The notes under the pieces are model-generated. The model was not told the origin of the DNA. It ran no database searches and saw only the letters and a program-made list of their open reading frames with translations. A program made the position numbers and the translations under genes. From Bugula neritina (taxonomy: Eukaryota; Animalia; Bryozoa): a DNA stretch of 64,000 bases. This document shows, in pieces, positions 1-10,808 of this stretch (its first letter is position 1; every line of letters begins with the position of its first letter). The stretch covers positions 5,499,929-5,563,928 of the forward strand of contig OZ037769.1 in the NCBI GenBank assembly GCA_964035545.1. The letters run 5' to 3'.

Positions 1-328
1 AAATGGACGTATTTGTTTGAAAGGTGCAGATTTATTGTCAAGGTCTGGTTTGCTTCACTAATGCATATTCTGAGCTGACAGTATTTTCGATTGTTTTACG
101 CAAGTTGATCAGTGCAAAGTTAGTTACTTCAGTATACGTTTCCACTTTATCTACAGAAATAAAATATAAAATTGGTTGTCTGGTATATAATATGAAAGTT
201 AGTTTAATATTTTGTTTTTATTGAAATTTGAAATATTGAAGTTAGCCAATTAGGGTATTAGTTTCATTTTCTGAAAATTTTAAGTGCTACATCAAGCTTC
301 TTCTTTTATAGGCTTACCGACTTGGTGA
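1..328 (+). CDS. Possible last two coding exons of an unidentified upstream gene (partial)
   Basis: Exon 1-23 ends AAG|gtgcag and an acceptor ttttatag| lies at 311/312. Joined, they read NGRICLKGLPTW* (stop 326-328). Product not recognised, and other frames are possible. Confidence 0.3.
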
Positions 329-489
329 TTTCCCTGTCAACTTTGTACTTTTGGACGCAGCAAAGCTTTCTTGTCAGGAACATATAAAACATATGACCTA
401 AATTATTAACTACCTGAGTTGTCTGCATCTTTTTTGGTCAGTTGTGGAACCACTAAAAATCCCACTAAACTTATAAGAGATTTAACTTA

Positions 490-626
490 TAGAAAATGGC
501 TTAAAGCAGCATCAAGTTAGTGGTCACTGAGTGCAATGGTTCAATAGTTGGAGCTCGGACAACTATGTTTAGACAAAGTCTCTACTTGGTCACCCGCAAC
601 TTGGTGCTGCTTCTAGCGATTTCCTA
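490..626. mobile_element. MITE family A, copy 1
   Basis: Imperfect TIRs TAGAAAATGGCTTAAAGCAGCATCAAGTT / AACTTGGTGCTGCTTCTAGCGATTTCCTA. Related copies at about 25672 and 27035. Confidence 0.65.
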
Positions 627-1024
627 GCTATAGTTTAGCTTGAATAACCTGGTAATGCAGCAATGTTTCAAACTCAGACACCAATCTTTTGTAAATCTCT
701 ATATATGTGTATAATATGATGATTCACTGTAAACTCTTGGAGGTTAAAGTATTGTCAGAGGAGATAAATCTTCATATGCAATTTCAATGAATATTTAGAT
801 TAATTACAAAAATATGATCTGGCAAATAGTCTATCTATAAATGATGCAGATGAGAAACTAAACTGTTGTTTATTAAAAAGGCTTTGTAAAGTTTTTCACA
901 ACTTTTTCCCAACGTGTTTTCTTTATATCATTGTTATGTTGTTGTTGAACAGTTTGGTTAAATAAATACGATCAGAATATCAAAACAGACTAGCAGATAC
1001 ATCGTGTTACATTTCAAAACAGCC

Positions 1025-1233
1025 TGTAATGTGCATGACATTGCATCATGCAGTTGTGTAACGTTTTGTAAATATTATTATAGCTGTTGTGTGGTTTTCC
1101 TTTATGTCCTAAATTCCTTCATCTTTGTGGTTTATATAATATATGTTGTCTGTCTTAGAAATGTGTTCGTAGTGATTAGTTGTGCTTTCAAAATAAAGAT
1201 ATTTCAGTGAACTTTAAGTATAATACTATTACA
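1025..1233 (+). repeat. 5' LTR
   Basis: Identical by eye to 5085-5293; TG...CA ends; internal TATA-like tract and AATAAA. Confidence 0.97.
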
Positions 1234-1264
1234 AGCTATTTCGGCATTTATCAGTGGTAGAAAT

Positions 1265-2032
1265 ATGGCAGTCAGGGTGTCGGATCTAGTGAAAAATTAT
1301 GAGGACAGTTCGGTTAGTGGAGACTTTACTGAGTGGTGTGAGAAGCTGGAGCTAGTAGCAAAGTTACAGAAAGTAGAAGATCTTGCATCGTTTCTGCCAT
1401 TATTCTTGGCAGGTCCAGCGTTTGCTGTGTATAAACAGTTTTCAGAGGATGTTAAATCAGACTTTCCGAAGTTAAAGGCTGAACTGATGACGTCATTCTG
1501 TGAGAGCAGTTACAGTGCTTACGATCAACTTAGATCAAGAAGTCTAAAAGAAGGTGAGGCTGTAGATGTCTATGTAGCTGACTTGAGAAGGCTAGTAACA
1601 CTGATAGGTCAGAAAACTCCTGAGCCTTTACTGAAATGTGCATTTATTGCTGGTTTGCCAGTGGATGTTGCTACACAAATAAAATCTGTCGCTGCTGTTG
1701 AAAAGTTGAGCTTAGAAGAGTTAGTTGGTAGAGCTAGGATAATGTTATCAACAGCAACTGTAGACACTTTGACACCCTGTGCTGCTGGTAGGAATGTTAC
1801 TAGAAAGTGTTTTAAATGTTTTTCACCACACCATTCAGCTTGGAGCTGTAACACTGGAAAAAGTCAAAATGGGAACATGAATGCTAATCGGAATGCCAAT
1901 AATCATCAACAATACAGAAAATGGAGCATTCAGTGCTACAATTGTCAGGCTTGGGGGCATATTAGTAGGAATTGCCCACAGGGAAACGGCGCTGGGGCAG
2001 TGTCAGCACCGGATGCTCACCCCAACAACTAA
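1265..2032 (+). CDS. gag: Gag with two CCHC zinc knuckles
   Basis: 255-aa ORF containing CFKCFSPHHSAWSC and CYNCQAWGHISRNC; it starts 31 nt after the 5' LTR. Confidence 0.93.
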   Translation: MAVRVSDLVKNYEDSSVSGDFTEWCEKLELVAKLQKVEDLASFLPLFLAGPAFAVYKQFSEDVKSDFPKLKAELMTSFCESSYSAYDQLRSRSLKEGEAVDVYVADLRRLVTLIGQKTPEPLLKCAFIAGLPVDVATQIKSVAAVEKLSLEELVGRARIMLSTATVDTLTPCAAGRNVTRKCFKCFSPHHSAWSCNTGKSQNGNMNANRNANNHQQYRKWSIQCYNCQAWGHISRNCPQGNGAGAVSAPDAHPNN

Positions 2033-5025
2033 ATTACGATTCGGTGCTACCACTAATAACATTAAATGTAAACGGTGTGAGTATAAAAGCACTAGTAGAT
2101 AGTGGTTGTGAACAATCAGTAGTGTTAGAAAGATTTTGTAATCAAATAGGTGTTGCACCATGTGGTCCTGAACGGAGGATTTTAATGCTAAATGGACAAA
2201 TAACTAAATGTAGGGGTGAAGCTCAATTAGCAGTGCAGGTTAGAAATCGTCGTCTCTCTGTAAAATGTTTAATAGCTCCAATGTTAGTAGGTGGTTGCTC
2301 TTTAATTTTGGGAATGGATGCTATTAACAAATTAGGTGGTGTGACAATTACTAGGAATAAGCAAGTGATGTTTCCTGCAGTTGAACCAACAACAGAAGTA
2401 GGTAAAGTTAGTGCTGTTAGTGTAGGCGTAGGAGTAGATAGATTTGATAAGACATTAACTAGTGATAGTAAAAGTGAACTTTTTGTTAGTGACATTGACT
2501 TTAATGCTAAATTTGATGGTAAAAAATGGACAGTGAGGTGGAAATGGGAAAATGGTGAGCCGATATTACAGAATCAATGTGGTCAGTATGCTGTAAAAGA
2601 CAAATTCAAACAGAGTTACCATGAGCAGATTCAGCAATGGATTAATGATGGATGGCTACAATTGTATGACAATAAATTGCATGGTACAGTCACTGGAATT
2701 GTACCATTGATGGCTGCTGCCCAGCCAAATAAACCAACCCAGGTCCGACCTGTTATGGATTATAGTAGAGAACTCAACAAATACATCTACAGTAAGCCCA
2801 GTGGTGACACTGCCATTTGTCAGGATAAATTGAGGAAATGGAGGTTACTTGATGACAATGCCAGTTTGCTAGATCTAAGAAAAGCTTACTTACAACTTCA
2901 TGTGGATAGTGATTTGCAAAAGTTCCAAGCTGTACGGTATGAGGGTAAGATCTATGTAATGACTAGGTTAGGTTTTGGTTTAAATGTGGCGCCTAAAATC
3001 ATGTCAAAAGTTTTATCTACAGTCCTGGCTCAAGATGACACTATACGCAAAGGTACTGATAGTTATATAGATGACATTATAGTTGATGAGACTGTTGTTT
3101 CGGTAGAAGTAGTTCGAAATCATTTGTTGAAGTTTGGTTTGGTAACTAAAGAACCAGAGAAACTGAGTAATGCTAGAGTTTTAGGGCTAAGGGTTAGAGA
3201 GGGGTGGAGAGGTGGCATGTCATGTTATAGCTGGCAGCGTGATGGTGAGCTCCCATCTCTTGAGTCAAATAGCAACATAAGCAAGCGAGAGCTGTTTTCG
3301 GTGTGTGGTAAACTGACTGGACATTTTCCTGTAGCAGGGTGGCTTAGGGTAGCATGCAGTTTTATGAAAAGGTTAACGCAATCAGATATGTGGGATAGTG
3401 CTGTGTCTGACCACGTCCAAAAAATGTTGTTAGAGACATTAGATAGAGTTGCAAAATCTGATCCTGTGAAAGGAAAGTGGCATGTGGCTAATACTGATAC
3501 AGGCACTGTATGGTGTGATGCAAGCAGTTTGGCAATAGGGGTGTCTGTGCAAATAGATGGCCAGATAGTGGAAGATGCTTCGTGGATGAGAAAACCCGAT
3601 GATTGCACCCACATTAATGTAGCAGAGTTAGAAGCTGTGGTAAAAGGCCTAAACCTGGCTTTAAAATGGAATCTATGCAACATTGTAGTGAAAACCGATT
3701 CAATGTCAGTATTCAGGTGGGTCACATCTGTAATCAATGATAGTGTCAGACCAAAAGTTAATGGCATGAATGAGATGATTGTGAAACGTAGGTTAGGTGT
3801 TATAGCAGAACTGATAGAAGAGTACAAGCTGTCATTAAAAATACATTTAGTGAAATCAGCTGAGAATTGGGCGGATGCTCTGACACGGGTGAGCTCAGCA
3901 TGGCTTAGTAAGCGAATAACCTGTGCAAGTGCAGGTGTGACAACTCCTGATGTAGCTCACCTGAAGGATGAAATAGCCAAGCTGCATGGAATGCATCATT
4001 TGGGCATTGAAAGAACATTTTATTTAGCTAAATGTAAATTCGGAGGAGGCATAGACAAGGAGTCAGTTGAAAGAGTAGTCAAGGAATGTGCTGTGTGTAG
4101 GAGTATTGATCCTTCTCCAGTGCAGTGGGAAAGAGGAGTTCTGGAGGTCAATGAGAATTGGTATAGGCTGGCAATGGATGTGAGTCATTATAATCGTGTA
4201 CCATACTTGACTATTATCGACTGTGGCCCAAGTAGATTCGCTGTGTGGATAAAGTTGCAGAATGAGACTGCTGACTCTGTGGTAAATCAGCTACTAAAGG
4301 TGTTTCAGCAACGTGGTCCACCAACAGAGTTACTGTCAGACAACGGACCATGTTTCAGAAGTGACAGATTGAAACAGCTACTTAGGCAATGGGATGTACA
4401 GCACATATTTAGCTGTGCTTATAGAGCATCTGGGAATGGTGTCATAGAGCGCAATCACAGGACTATAAAAAGAATGGCAGCTCGAACTAGATCTTCAATA
4501 GAAAATATGGTATTTTGGTACAACAACACCCCAAATAGTAACAATGTAGTACCCTCACAAAGTTTATACAGTTATGATGTAAAGCTGCCTAAAGTATCAC
4601 CATCAACAATAGGCAAGCCCACAGACATTACAAAAAACCCCTACAATGTAGGAGACAAAGTTTATGTAAAACCTGTGAATTCTAAATGCACAACTGCATG
4701 GCCACAGGGCATGATTACCAGGGTTGTGTCAAACACTGCGGTGATGGTAGATGGTATGACACGACATATAAGTGATGTCCGACTGGCTAATGCAGGGAAC
4801 AGGGAAAGTGGTGACGTTTCATCCAGTACAAAACAACAATCTCAGGTACATGGAGACATTGAAATTAACCTGAGCCCAGATAATGCTGATGAGGATGCAG
4901 ATGCAAATAGAGTTGTGAATGGTGAAAATGTTGAGGAAGGTGAAAGTGTAGACGAAGTGATTGATCGACCAGTGAGAGATAGACGGCCACCTAGGTGGTT
5001 AGCAGACTTTTATGTAGATGACTAA
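1981..5025 (+). CDS. pol: Pol (protease, RT, RNase H, integrase), probably translated by -1 frameshift from gag
   Basis: Motifs LVDSG (PR); LDLRKAYLQ, FGLNVAP and YIDD (RT); WCDAS, E, TDS and ADALT (RNase H); HHCC plus D-D(NG)-E (IN). The frame is -1 relative to gag, with a G GGA AAC heptamer at 1981-1987. Confidence 0.95.
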   Translation, partial: GKRRWGSVSTGCSPQQLNYDSVLPLITLNVNGVSIKALVDSGCEQSVVLERFCNQIGVAPCGPERRILMLNGQITKCRGEAQLAVQVRNRRLSVKCLIAPMLVGGCSLILGMDAINKLGGVTITRNKQVMFPAVEPTTEVGKVSAVSVGVGVDRFDKTLTSDSKSELFVSDIDFNAKFDGKKWTVRWKWENGEPILQNQCGQYAVKDKFKQSYHEQIQQWINDGWLQLYDNKLHGTVTGIVPLMAAAQPNKPTQVRPVMDYSRELNKYIYSKPSGDTAICQDKLRKWRLLDDNASLLDLRKAYLQLHVDSDLQKFQAVRYEGKIYVMTRLGFGLNVAPKIMSKVLSTVLAQDDTIRKGTDSYIDDIIVDETVVSVEVVRNHLLKFGLVTKEPEKLSNARVLGLRVREGWRGGMSCYSWQRDGELPSLESNSNISKRELFSVCGKLTGHFPVAGWLRVACSFMKRLTQSDMWDSAVSDHVQKMLLETLDRVAKSDPVKGKWHVANTDTGTVWCDASSLAIGVSVQIDGQIVEDASWMRKPDDCTHINVAELEAVVKGLNLALKWNLCNIVVKTDSMSVFRWVTSVINDSVRPKVNGMNEMIVKRRLGVIAELIEEYKLSLKIHLVKSAENWADALTRVSSAWLSKRITCASAGVTTPDVAHLKDEIAKLHGMHHLGIERTFYLAKCKFGGGIDKESVERVVKECAVCRSIDPSPVQWERGVLEVNENWYRLAMDVSHYNRVPYLTIIDCGPSRFAVWIKLQNETADSVVNQLLKVFQQRGPPTELLSDNGPCFRSDRLKQLLRQWDVQHIFSCAYRASGNGVIERNHRTIKRMAARTRSSIENMVFWYNNTPNSNNVVPSQSLYSYDVKLPKVSPSTIGKPTDITKNPYNVGDKVYVKPVNSKCTTAWPQGMITRVVSNTAVMVDGMTRHISDVRLANAGNRESGDVSSSTKQQSQVHGDIEINLSPDNADEDADANRVVNGENVEEGESVDEVIDRPVRDRRPPRWLADFYVDD

Positions 5026-5084
5026 ACGTTTTTTTCTTTTTGTTTTATTATATATCTGTTTGATCTGATAAGATCAGGGGGAAA

Positions 5085-5293
5085 TGTAATGTGCATGACA
5101 TTGCATCATGCAGTTGTGTAACGTTTTGTAAATATTATTATAGCTGTTGTGTGGTTTTCCTTTATGTCCTAAATTCCTTCATCTTTGTGGTTTATATAAT
5201 ATATGTTGTCTGTCTTAGAAATGTGTTCGTAGTGATTAGTTGTGCTTTCAAAATAAAGATATTTCAGTGAACTTTAAGTATAATACTATTACA
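5085..5293 (+). repeat. 3' LTR
   Basis: Identical to the 5' LTR, preceded by the PPT and followed by TSD CAGCC. Confidence 0.97.
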
Positions 5294-6866
5294 CAGCCTA
5301 GCCAGCCAAAAGTAGTATAACTTATCAGCATTGTCTTCCCGTCATTCATGTATTTTTATATCATTTTAATTACTAGAATTTCTCAGCATTTTAAGAGTTC
5401 CAAATATGAAACTGATAGATGTTTTCGCAAATTATTTTTTCTTGGCAACGTTTTGATTTTCTTTTTGACCTTGGCAGCAACTTTTGCAGCTAATTCCGTG
5501 GCTGGACTGAACAAATTTGAAAATAATGAGAATATGTTTTAGTATTTCTGGAGTTGTCTATTTTCAACTTCATAGGTGACCATGCTAGCTGTTCATTGTA
5601 AAGGTGAATAGCTATACTATAGTTCATGATTCTTGTGAAATAATGATAGCAAAGTTCATATAGTTAATAAACTAGTTTGCATGCCACACATCAACTGTGC
5701 CTTTAGCTATAGAAAAGTGTTTTATGCATTTGCCTTGTTAGCAATAAAATTGTTTAATTATTTATAGAACTCCTATATCAGCATTAAAAGTAAATTACGC
5801 TGACAAACTTATAGATCTAAAACTTGGTTGTGTGAAACTTCTATACTAAAATTGGGTACAACATACAGCTTCAAATTCTTGATATATAGTTTCTTGCAAC
5901 ATTTATTTTATAAAAACACATTCCCTAACATGTAATGCTATATAATGCATTAAGAGTATGGACTAACCATTTATATACTGGGCTCTAACAATTAATATAA
6001 GTTTCATCAAAGTTTTCAATTACAAACAAGACAATGAAACAAGCATTTTCGATTCGCATAATATTGTTAGCATTGTTTTACCTCACAGTAAACTAGAATA
6101 AATAGTATTTATAGTATAATTTTGCTTTTGGTTTTCTTCCTAAAATAACCTTGCTTTGTTCTAATTTTTATAATCTCATGATATGCACAGCTATGTTCAT
6201 TGTCAATGTTGAGACGTTTATGTACATTTATTGACATTGCTGTAGATTTATCCTAGTCTATCATGTTTGGGTCTCACAACTCATTGCACTTCAGCTTCTG
6301 GTATGCCGTGTGGCTACAACCAAAAAGTATAGATTACACTGGTTCTGATGTAAGTTTAAAGCCAAAAAATGGATCAACTGCAATATATAGTATGATTAAA
6401 AATAGCTTACTGAGAAAACATCACATAGTTGCTTGTTTATTATAAATTATATATATCAGTGCAGATATTCAAATGCTTTCATAGCTCACAATATTGCCAA
6501 TTGCATTTTTGAAAGATTTGCTGAATCAGTACACAACTTAACCGATAGAAAGATTCTAGGGCAGTATAAAAGAAACAGCTTTGAATTTTGAACTGCAAAT
6601 TTACAGAAATGAAGAAAAAACTTACTTGACGGTTGCTGGCTATAGAAACAGTTCTGATATGCGAGAGAGGTGTCGAAAAATAAAATCAGAATCCATTTAA
6701 GGCACACTGCAAATTGGTATACTTAAAAGCATTGTTCGGGTTAGAAATCAACACTACTAAAAAAATCTAAAGTTCCAAATTCTGCTAATTATAAATTAGT
6801 TAAATAGTATGTTAAAAGTTCTTTGTGAAAAAAAAGACATTAGAAATGGGGCAGGATACAGAAAGA

Positions 6867-7979
6867 TTAGTAAGCTAAGGGGCAGTTTCCAGCAGAAGAA
6901 ACAGCTATTGGATCTGTGTATATGTCAGGTAACTCCTTAGAGCCGCATGGATAATTGTCAATCTCATTCATCGCTTCCATTATATAGTCACTAAATGAAT
7001 TACGAGGAAGCTCGGTAGTGGCATTAGAGTCAACAGCCATATTAAATTTGGTTGTGTGAACAGGTTTGGGTGACACTGGGGTATGGTGGGTCCGAGGTAG
7101 TGGTTTGTAAGATGTGCTACGTTTTACTTCCAATTTTGAAGTTTGTGGCACAGAGTGTATGCCACTATATCCTCCTGGAAGATAATTTGAAGGTAGAATG
7201 GGGTCATAGTCGTAGCTAGAAAACTTTGGCGTGGCTGCCTCATTAGCTTGCTTGCTTATGTTTGCTACTCTTTTACGGATAGCAGCCATTTCTCTTTCAA
7301 ATTCGTTATCACCCTCATAGCCACTAGTAGAAACTATTGAAGTAGTGGGAACAGAAGAAGAAAGTTGGGAAGAAAATTTGGTAGTTGTATGGGGAGGGGA
7401 ATAAGAGCTAGGCACATATTTGTAGTCGGAAGCCTCTAGACTGTTGAGTGACTCCGCGGGAGAGACTTCACGAACCTGGTGACGTCTGCTAATCAATGGA
7501 GCTGTTTCCGCTCTCTTCTCAAAGTATCCTCTGGACTGATACCTATGAGGAGTGTAGTAGTCAGACGCCTTGCCTATCTCATTTTCTGACCGCTCCATGT
7601 TTTCTCGCATTCTAGCCAAGTTTCTTAGCAGATCTTCTTGCTTTCTAACTAGGCTCCTAGCACCTTGGACTTTATAGTTGAGCATGGCACTGTTGCTATT
7701 CAAGTGAGAAAGCATATTCTTGCTCTTTGGTACCTCGTCTTCTGGAACATATCCTGGTGAGATTAGAGAACAAGAAGATCTCTCCGGGGTTGAGCGCAGA
7801 TTTTCTCTTGCTTTTCCTGCTTTAGCTTTTATGGCATCAATTTCAGCTTGTGCTTCATCAAATGACAGCTCCTCGGCATCATCTCTTACTGATTCTTGAG
7901 GCTCATCTGCTAATTCGACATTAATTACTGGTGGCTCTTTCACGTTAACATCAACTGGCTCTTGTCTTTCCTCTGACAT
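6867..7979 (-). CDS. Uncharacterised 370-aa Ser/Pro/Glu-rich protein with short coiled-coil-like segments
   Basis: Long ORF with higher GC than its flanks. An acceptor ttttag|GCCACGATG gives a Kozak-like start. An upstream non-coding exon has donor CAG|gtaag at 9611/9610, and AATAAA lies downstream (about 6440). Confidence 0.75.
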   Translation of the reverse strand: MSEERQEPVDVNVKEPPVINVELADEPQESVRDDAEELSFDEAQAEIDAIKAKAGKARENLRSTPERSSCSLISPGYVPEDEVPKSKNMLSHLNSNSAMLNYKVQGARSLVRKQEDLLRNLARMRENMERSENEIGKASDYYTPHRYQSRGYFEKRAETAPLISRRHQVREVSPAESLNSLEASDYKYVPSSYSPPHTTTKFSSQLSSSVPTTSIVSTSGYEGDNEFEREMAAIRKRVANISKQANEAATPKFSSYDYDPILPSNYLPGGYSGIHSVPQTSKLEVKRSTSYKPLPRTHHTPVSPKPVHTTKFNMAVDSNATTELPRNSFSDYIMEAMNEIDNYPCGSKELPDIYTDPIAVSSAGNCPLAY

Positions 7980-9697
7980 CGTGGCCTAAAAACATGCAAA
8001 GTAATATTATAATTAAGTTCTTAGCAAACACCTATGTCAAATAATATTATCAGGAAAAAAACACAATTTCCAATCTATACTATACTAAACCTGGGTAACG
8101 ATGCATTTTTGCAACGAAAACAGCAGTGTACTATGAAGATAATTTTGGTTGAAGTAAATTAAAAAGCCAAAAAAAATGAGGTCACAGCTTAAAACTCTAC
8201 AGTTATTCAAATTCATGGTTTCATAAGCTCAAGAAGACAAAATCATAATATTAGCAACAGAAGAATAGTTTAAAGAAACAGCAATCAATTTTAGTTAATT
8301 CACACAGAATAACTTCAAAATGGTATCAGCTTCAACAAGATAATATTTTTTAGAACGTATTATTCCTTATATGCTTTACCATTTGCATGATTCTGCTAAT
8401 TTGTAAATTATAAGTTGCACAAAGAGATGGTATTCCTAATGTCATTTGCTAACTATTGATAAGAATTGAAAATGTCAGTAACTGTTGGCTCTCTAAAACT
8501 TCAATATATATGAAGCAATTTGCATACACTTGAGCTTTCAACTTTTCTTACCACCCATAGCATCATAATAAGTTTTACCTGATATAGGTAAATGAATGAA
8601 AGTGGTCTGATTTAAGTTATATGCCCAGATAAATCATGTGAGAAAACAAAAACCTTAAAATAAAAATATTAGATTGCTAAGCCAATAAAAAGTTTTTGTC
8701 TTAATCTACTTACATTTACACTTAACAGCTAAAGTTCTGCTCTAAATAAAATTTTGAGAAGTTATGATGTACCTACCAAATTATTAACTTATCAGCCTTA
8801 AGACTATCCTAATAATAGGATGCGTGTAAACAATGTATGTAGTTTAGGGTAACTTTATATAGTTATATAGCATACTGCATATGTATAAAGGTTATATGGG
8901 CCAACTGTGTACAGTATAGCGTGCTGCACGTGCGTCCCTTAAGCTCTAAGAGAGTTATTAATCTGTATAATTATCAGAGCCTGTTGCAGGAGACTTTCAA
9001 CATTGTACAAATAAACATGAAAATATATGCCTCTCAGTGGAAGGTGACCCAAAGCAAACATCGCACTACTCAGTGCACTGTATCTGAGTGTTTGTTAATC
9101 ACCTGGATGTTTGCTGCAGTATTAGAGCTTTAATAGAACACCTTGCTGTTATTTAATGGTAGTAACGGTATGGCTTCTAATTAAGATCAGGATATCAGAA
9201 GCAAATAACACCAATTATACCTCGTGCATTGAGCTCTCATACTGCTTTTTATTAATGAGTCAAATCTAATCACATGCATCGCAATAAAAACTAATCATCT
9301 AAAGGAACATAGAGGTCAAATTTTACCTGTAATAATTTTTGAGGTAATTAGTGTAAATAATTCTTACAAGCTGACAAACAGCATATTATAAGCAGCAAAA
9401 CTTATTTTACCTTTAAAAATGAATTTACATTCTACTAAAAGTTTCAGATATTCGTTGAATTTACAATACCCAACACATTTACAAATCGAGGAGTTGCATA
9501 CTCTTTGAAACCAATCATAGCTCAAACCCTAGTCTTTAAAATGAACTGCTCGACGCTAGCACTTTAGAATTATACATGTTTAAAGTGATAAAAATAGCAG
9601 ATTTTCTTACCTGCTGCAGCTAGTTGCACAATTTACTAGCGGAGATACACTACACGTCTACCCAGGTGGCTTTACAGCAAGTAGAAGTGCCTTAGCA

Positions 9698-9770
9698 TTA
9701 TTTATAGGGAGTTGCTATATATGGAGATAGGTTAACAGCCCACCAATAGGAATCCAGATATCTAGCCAAT
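9698..9770 (-). promoter_or_regulatory. Putative Pol II promoter of the 370-aa gene (TATA/MEF2 composite, CArG-like box, two CCAAT boxes)
   Basis: CTATAAATAA on the minus strand at 9698-9707; CTATATATGG at 9715-9724; CCAAT at 9743 and 9766. These lie about 90 bp upstream of the exon-1 donor. Confidence 0.55.
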
Positions 9771-10583
9771 CACAATGCCGTATTGTTGTGCCCAAGCCGA
9801 TCGTGTTCGTTAGTATTTACATTAGGTAGAGCCTAATAATATAATCTTGTGCTATAAAACTATTGCAAAAACAACAATTAATTTTATGCATAATAATGGG
9901 CTAAAGATTAATTTCTAATAAACTTGTATGAATAATTTTTTAATCAGCTGCAAATTATTATTTGGTATCATTTTGCAATGAACAGTCAAATTTAATGAAA
10001 TGCATGGCGGTTGCATGATTTGTTACTCTAACTGCAGGGGTGATAGAAGTGAATAACTAATTTAAGCAATTTAAATTATATAACAATTTAGAATCTTGAA
10101 ATACTACTTCGAATTTACATGCTAAACCTAAACTTGTTTTGTTACATGGCAGGTTTGTGAACTTCCTTTAGTCCAAGTTTACATAATGGAGCCAGGTTTT
10201 CGCACTGAATGTGCAAAGAGTGCTGGTAGCTGCAATTAATAAACAGTGCAGTGCTGAACGTAGATGCAATTATCTATGCACATCTACAGTCAATTACCAA
10301 AGCTTTTAATTAGCAGTGCCATATATTCTTGCACTCTCAAGACTTGTTTATTGCTCTAGCTTGTTAAACGTGAGGAGAACTCGTGAGCGCTTCGTATTAG
10401 TCTAAAACTCTCTGAGTTATAAATCTGTTTTGATGTTCCCACTCTAGCACTGAGCCTCCATATTCTTCATGCAATTTCAAATTTATTATTAGTGCATTTT
10501 TTAAATTTTGCTTATGTTTTAATTTCAGTTAATACTTTGATAAATCGCCAAAGATAGTGCAGATTCTGAGCATATATATTATA

Positions 10584-10808
10584 CTCACACTAAAACTCTC
10601 ACGCAAGTTTATAGTCACCATCTCTGTGAGAAAATTCCTAATGGAAGGGGTTTTTGTTAAATTGGGCTAAGGACTTATTCATATGGGACACAAGAGCAAT
10701 TATGACTGGATGCTCTTCCTAACATCACCAATGGCCTTTGTCGGGCTCGAACCCACGACTTTGTGCTTACTAGGCGAATGCTCTAACTCCTAGACCACGG
10801 CTGCTCCT
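10584..10808 (-). mobile_element. tRNA-derived SINE, copy 1
   Basis: Minus-strand head with A box TGGTCTAGGAG, CTAGTAA loop and B box GGTTCGAGCCC. The body matches the copy at 32203-32418. 9-bp TSD TATATTATA (10575-10583 and 10809-10817). Confidence 0.88.

Larger units (their letters stand above)
1025..5293 (+). mobile_element. Full-length Ty3/Gypsy LTR retrotransposon (4269 bp)
   Basis: Two identical 209-bp LTRs (TGTAAT...ATTACA), 5-bp TSD CAGCC (1020-1024 and 5294-5298), PPT AGGGGGAAA directly before the 3' LTR, and open gag and pol in PR-RT-RH-IN order. Confidence 0.97.

Noticed and set aside
1609-3827. Antisense ORFs (81, 90 and 200 aa) within the Gypsy element
   Set aside because: They are shadows of the gag/pol codon structure, with no motifs or independent signals.
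10735-10808. tRNA gene
   Set aside because: The acceptor stem does not close, and the head continues into a repeated body flanked by TSDs, so it is a SINE.
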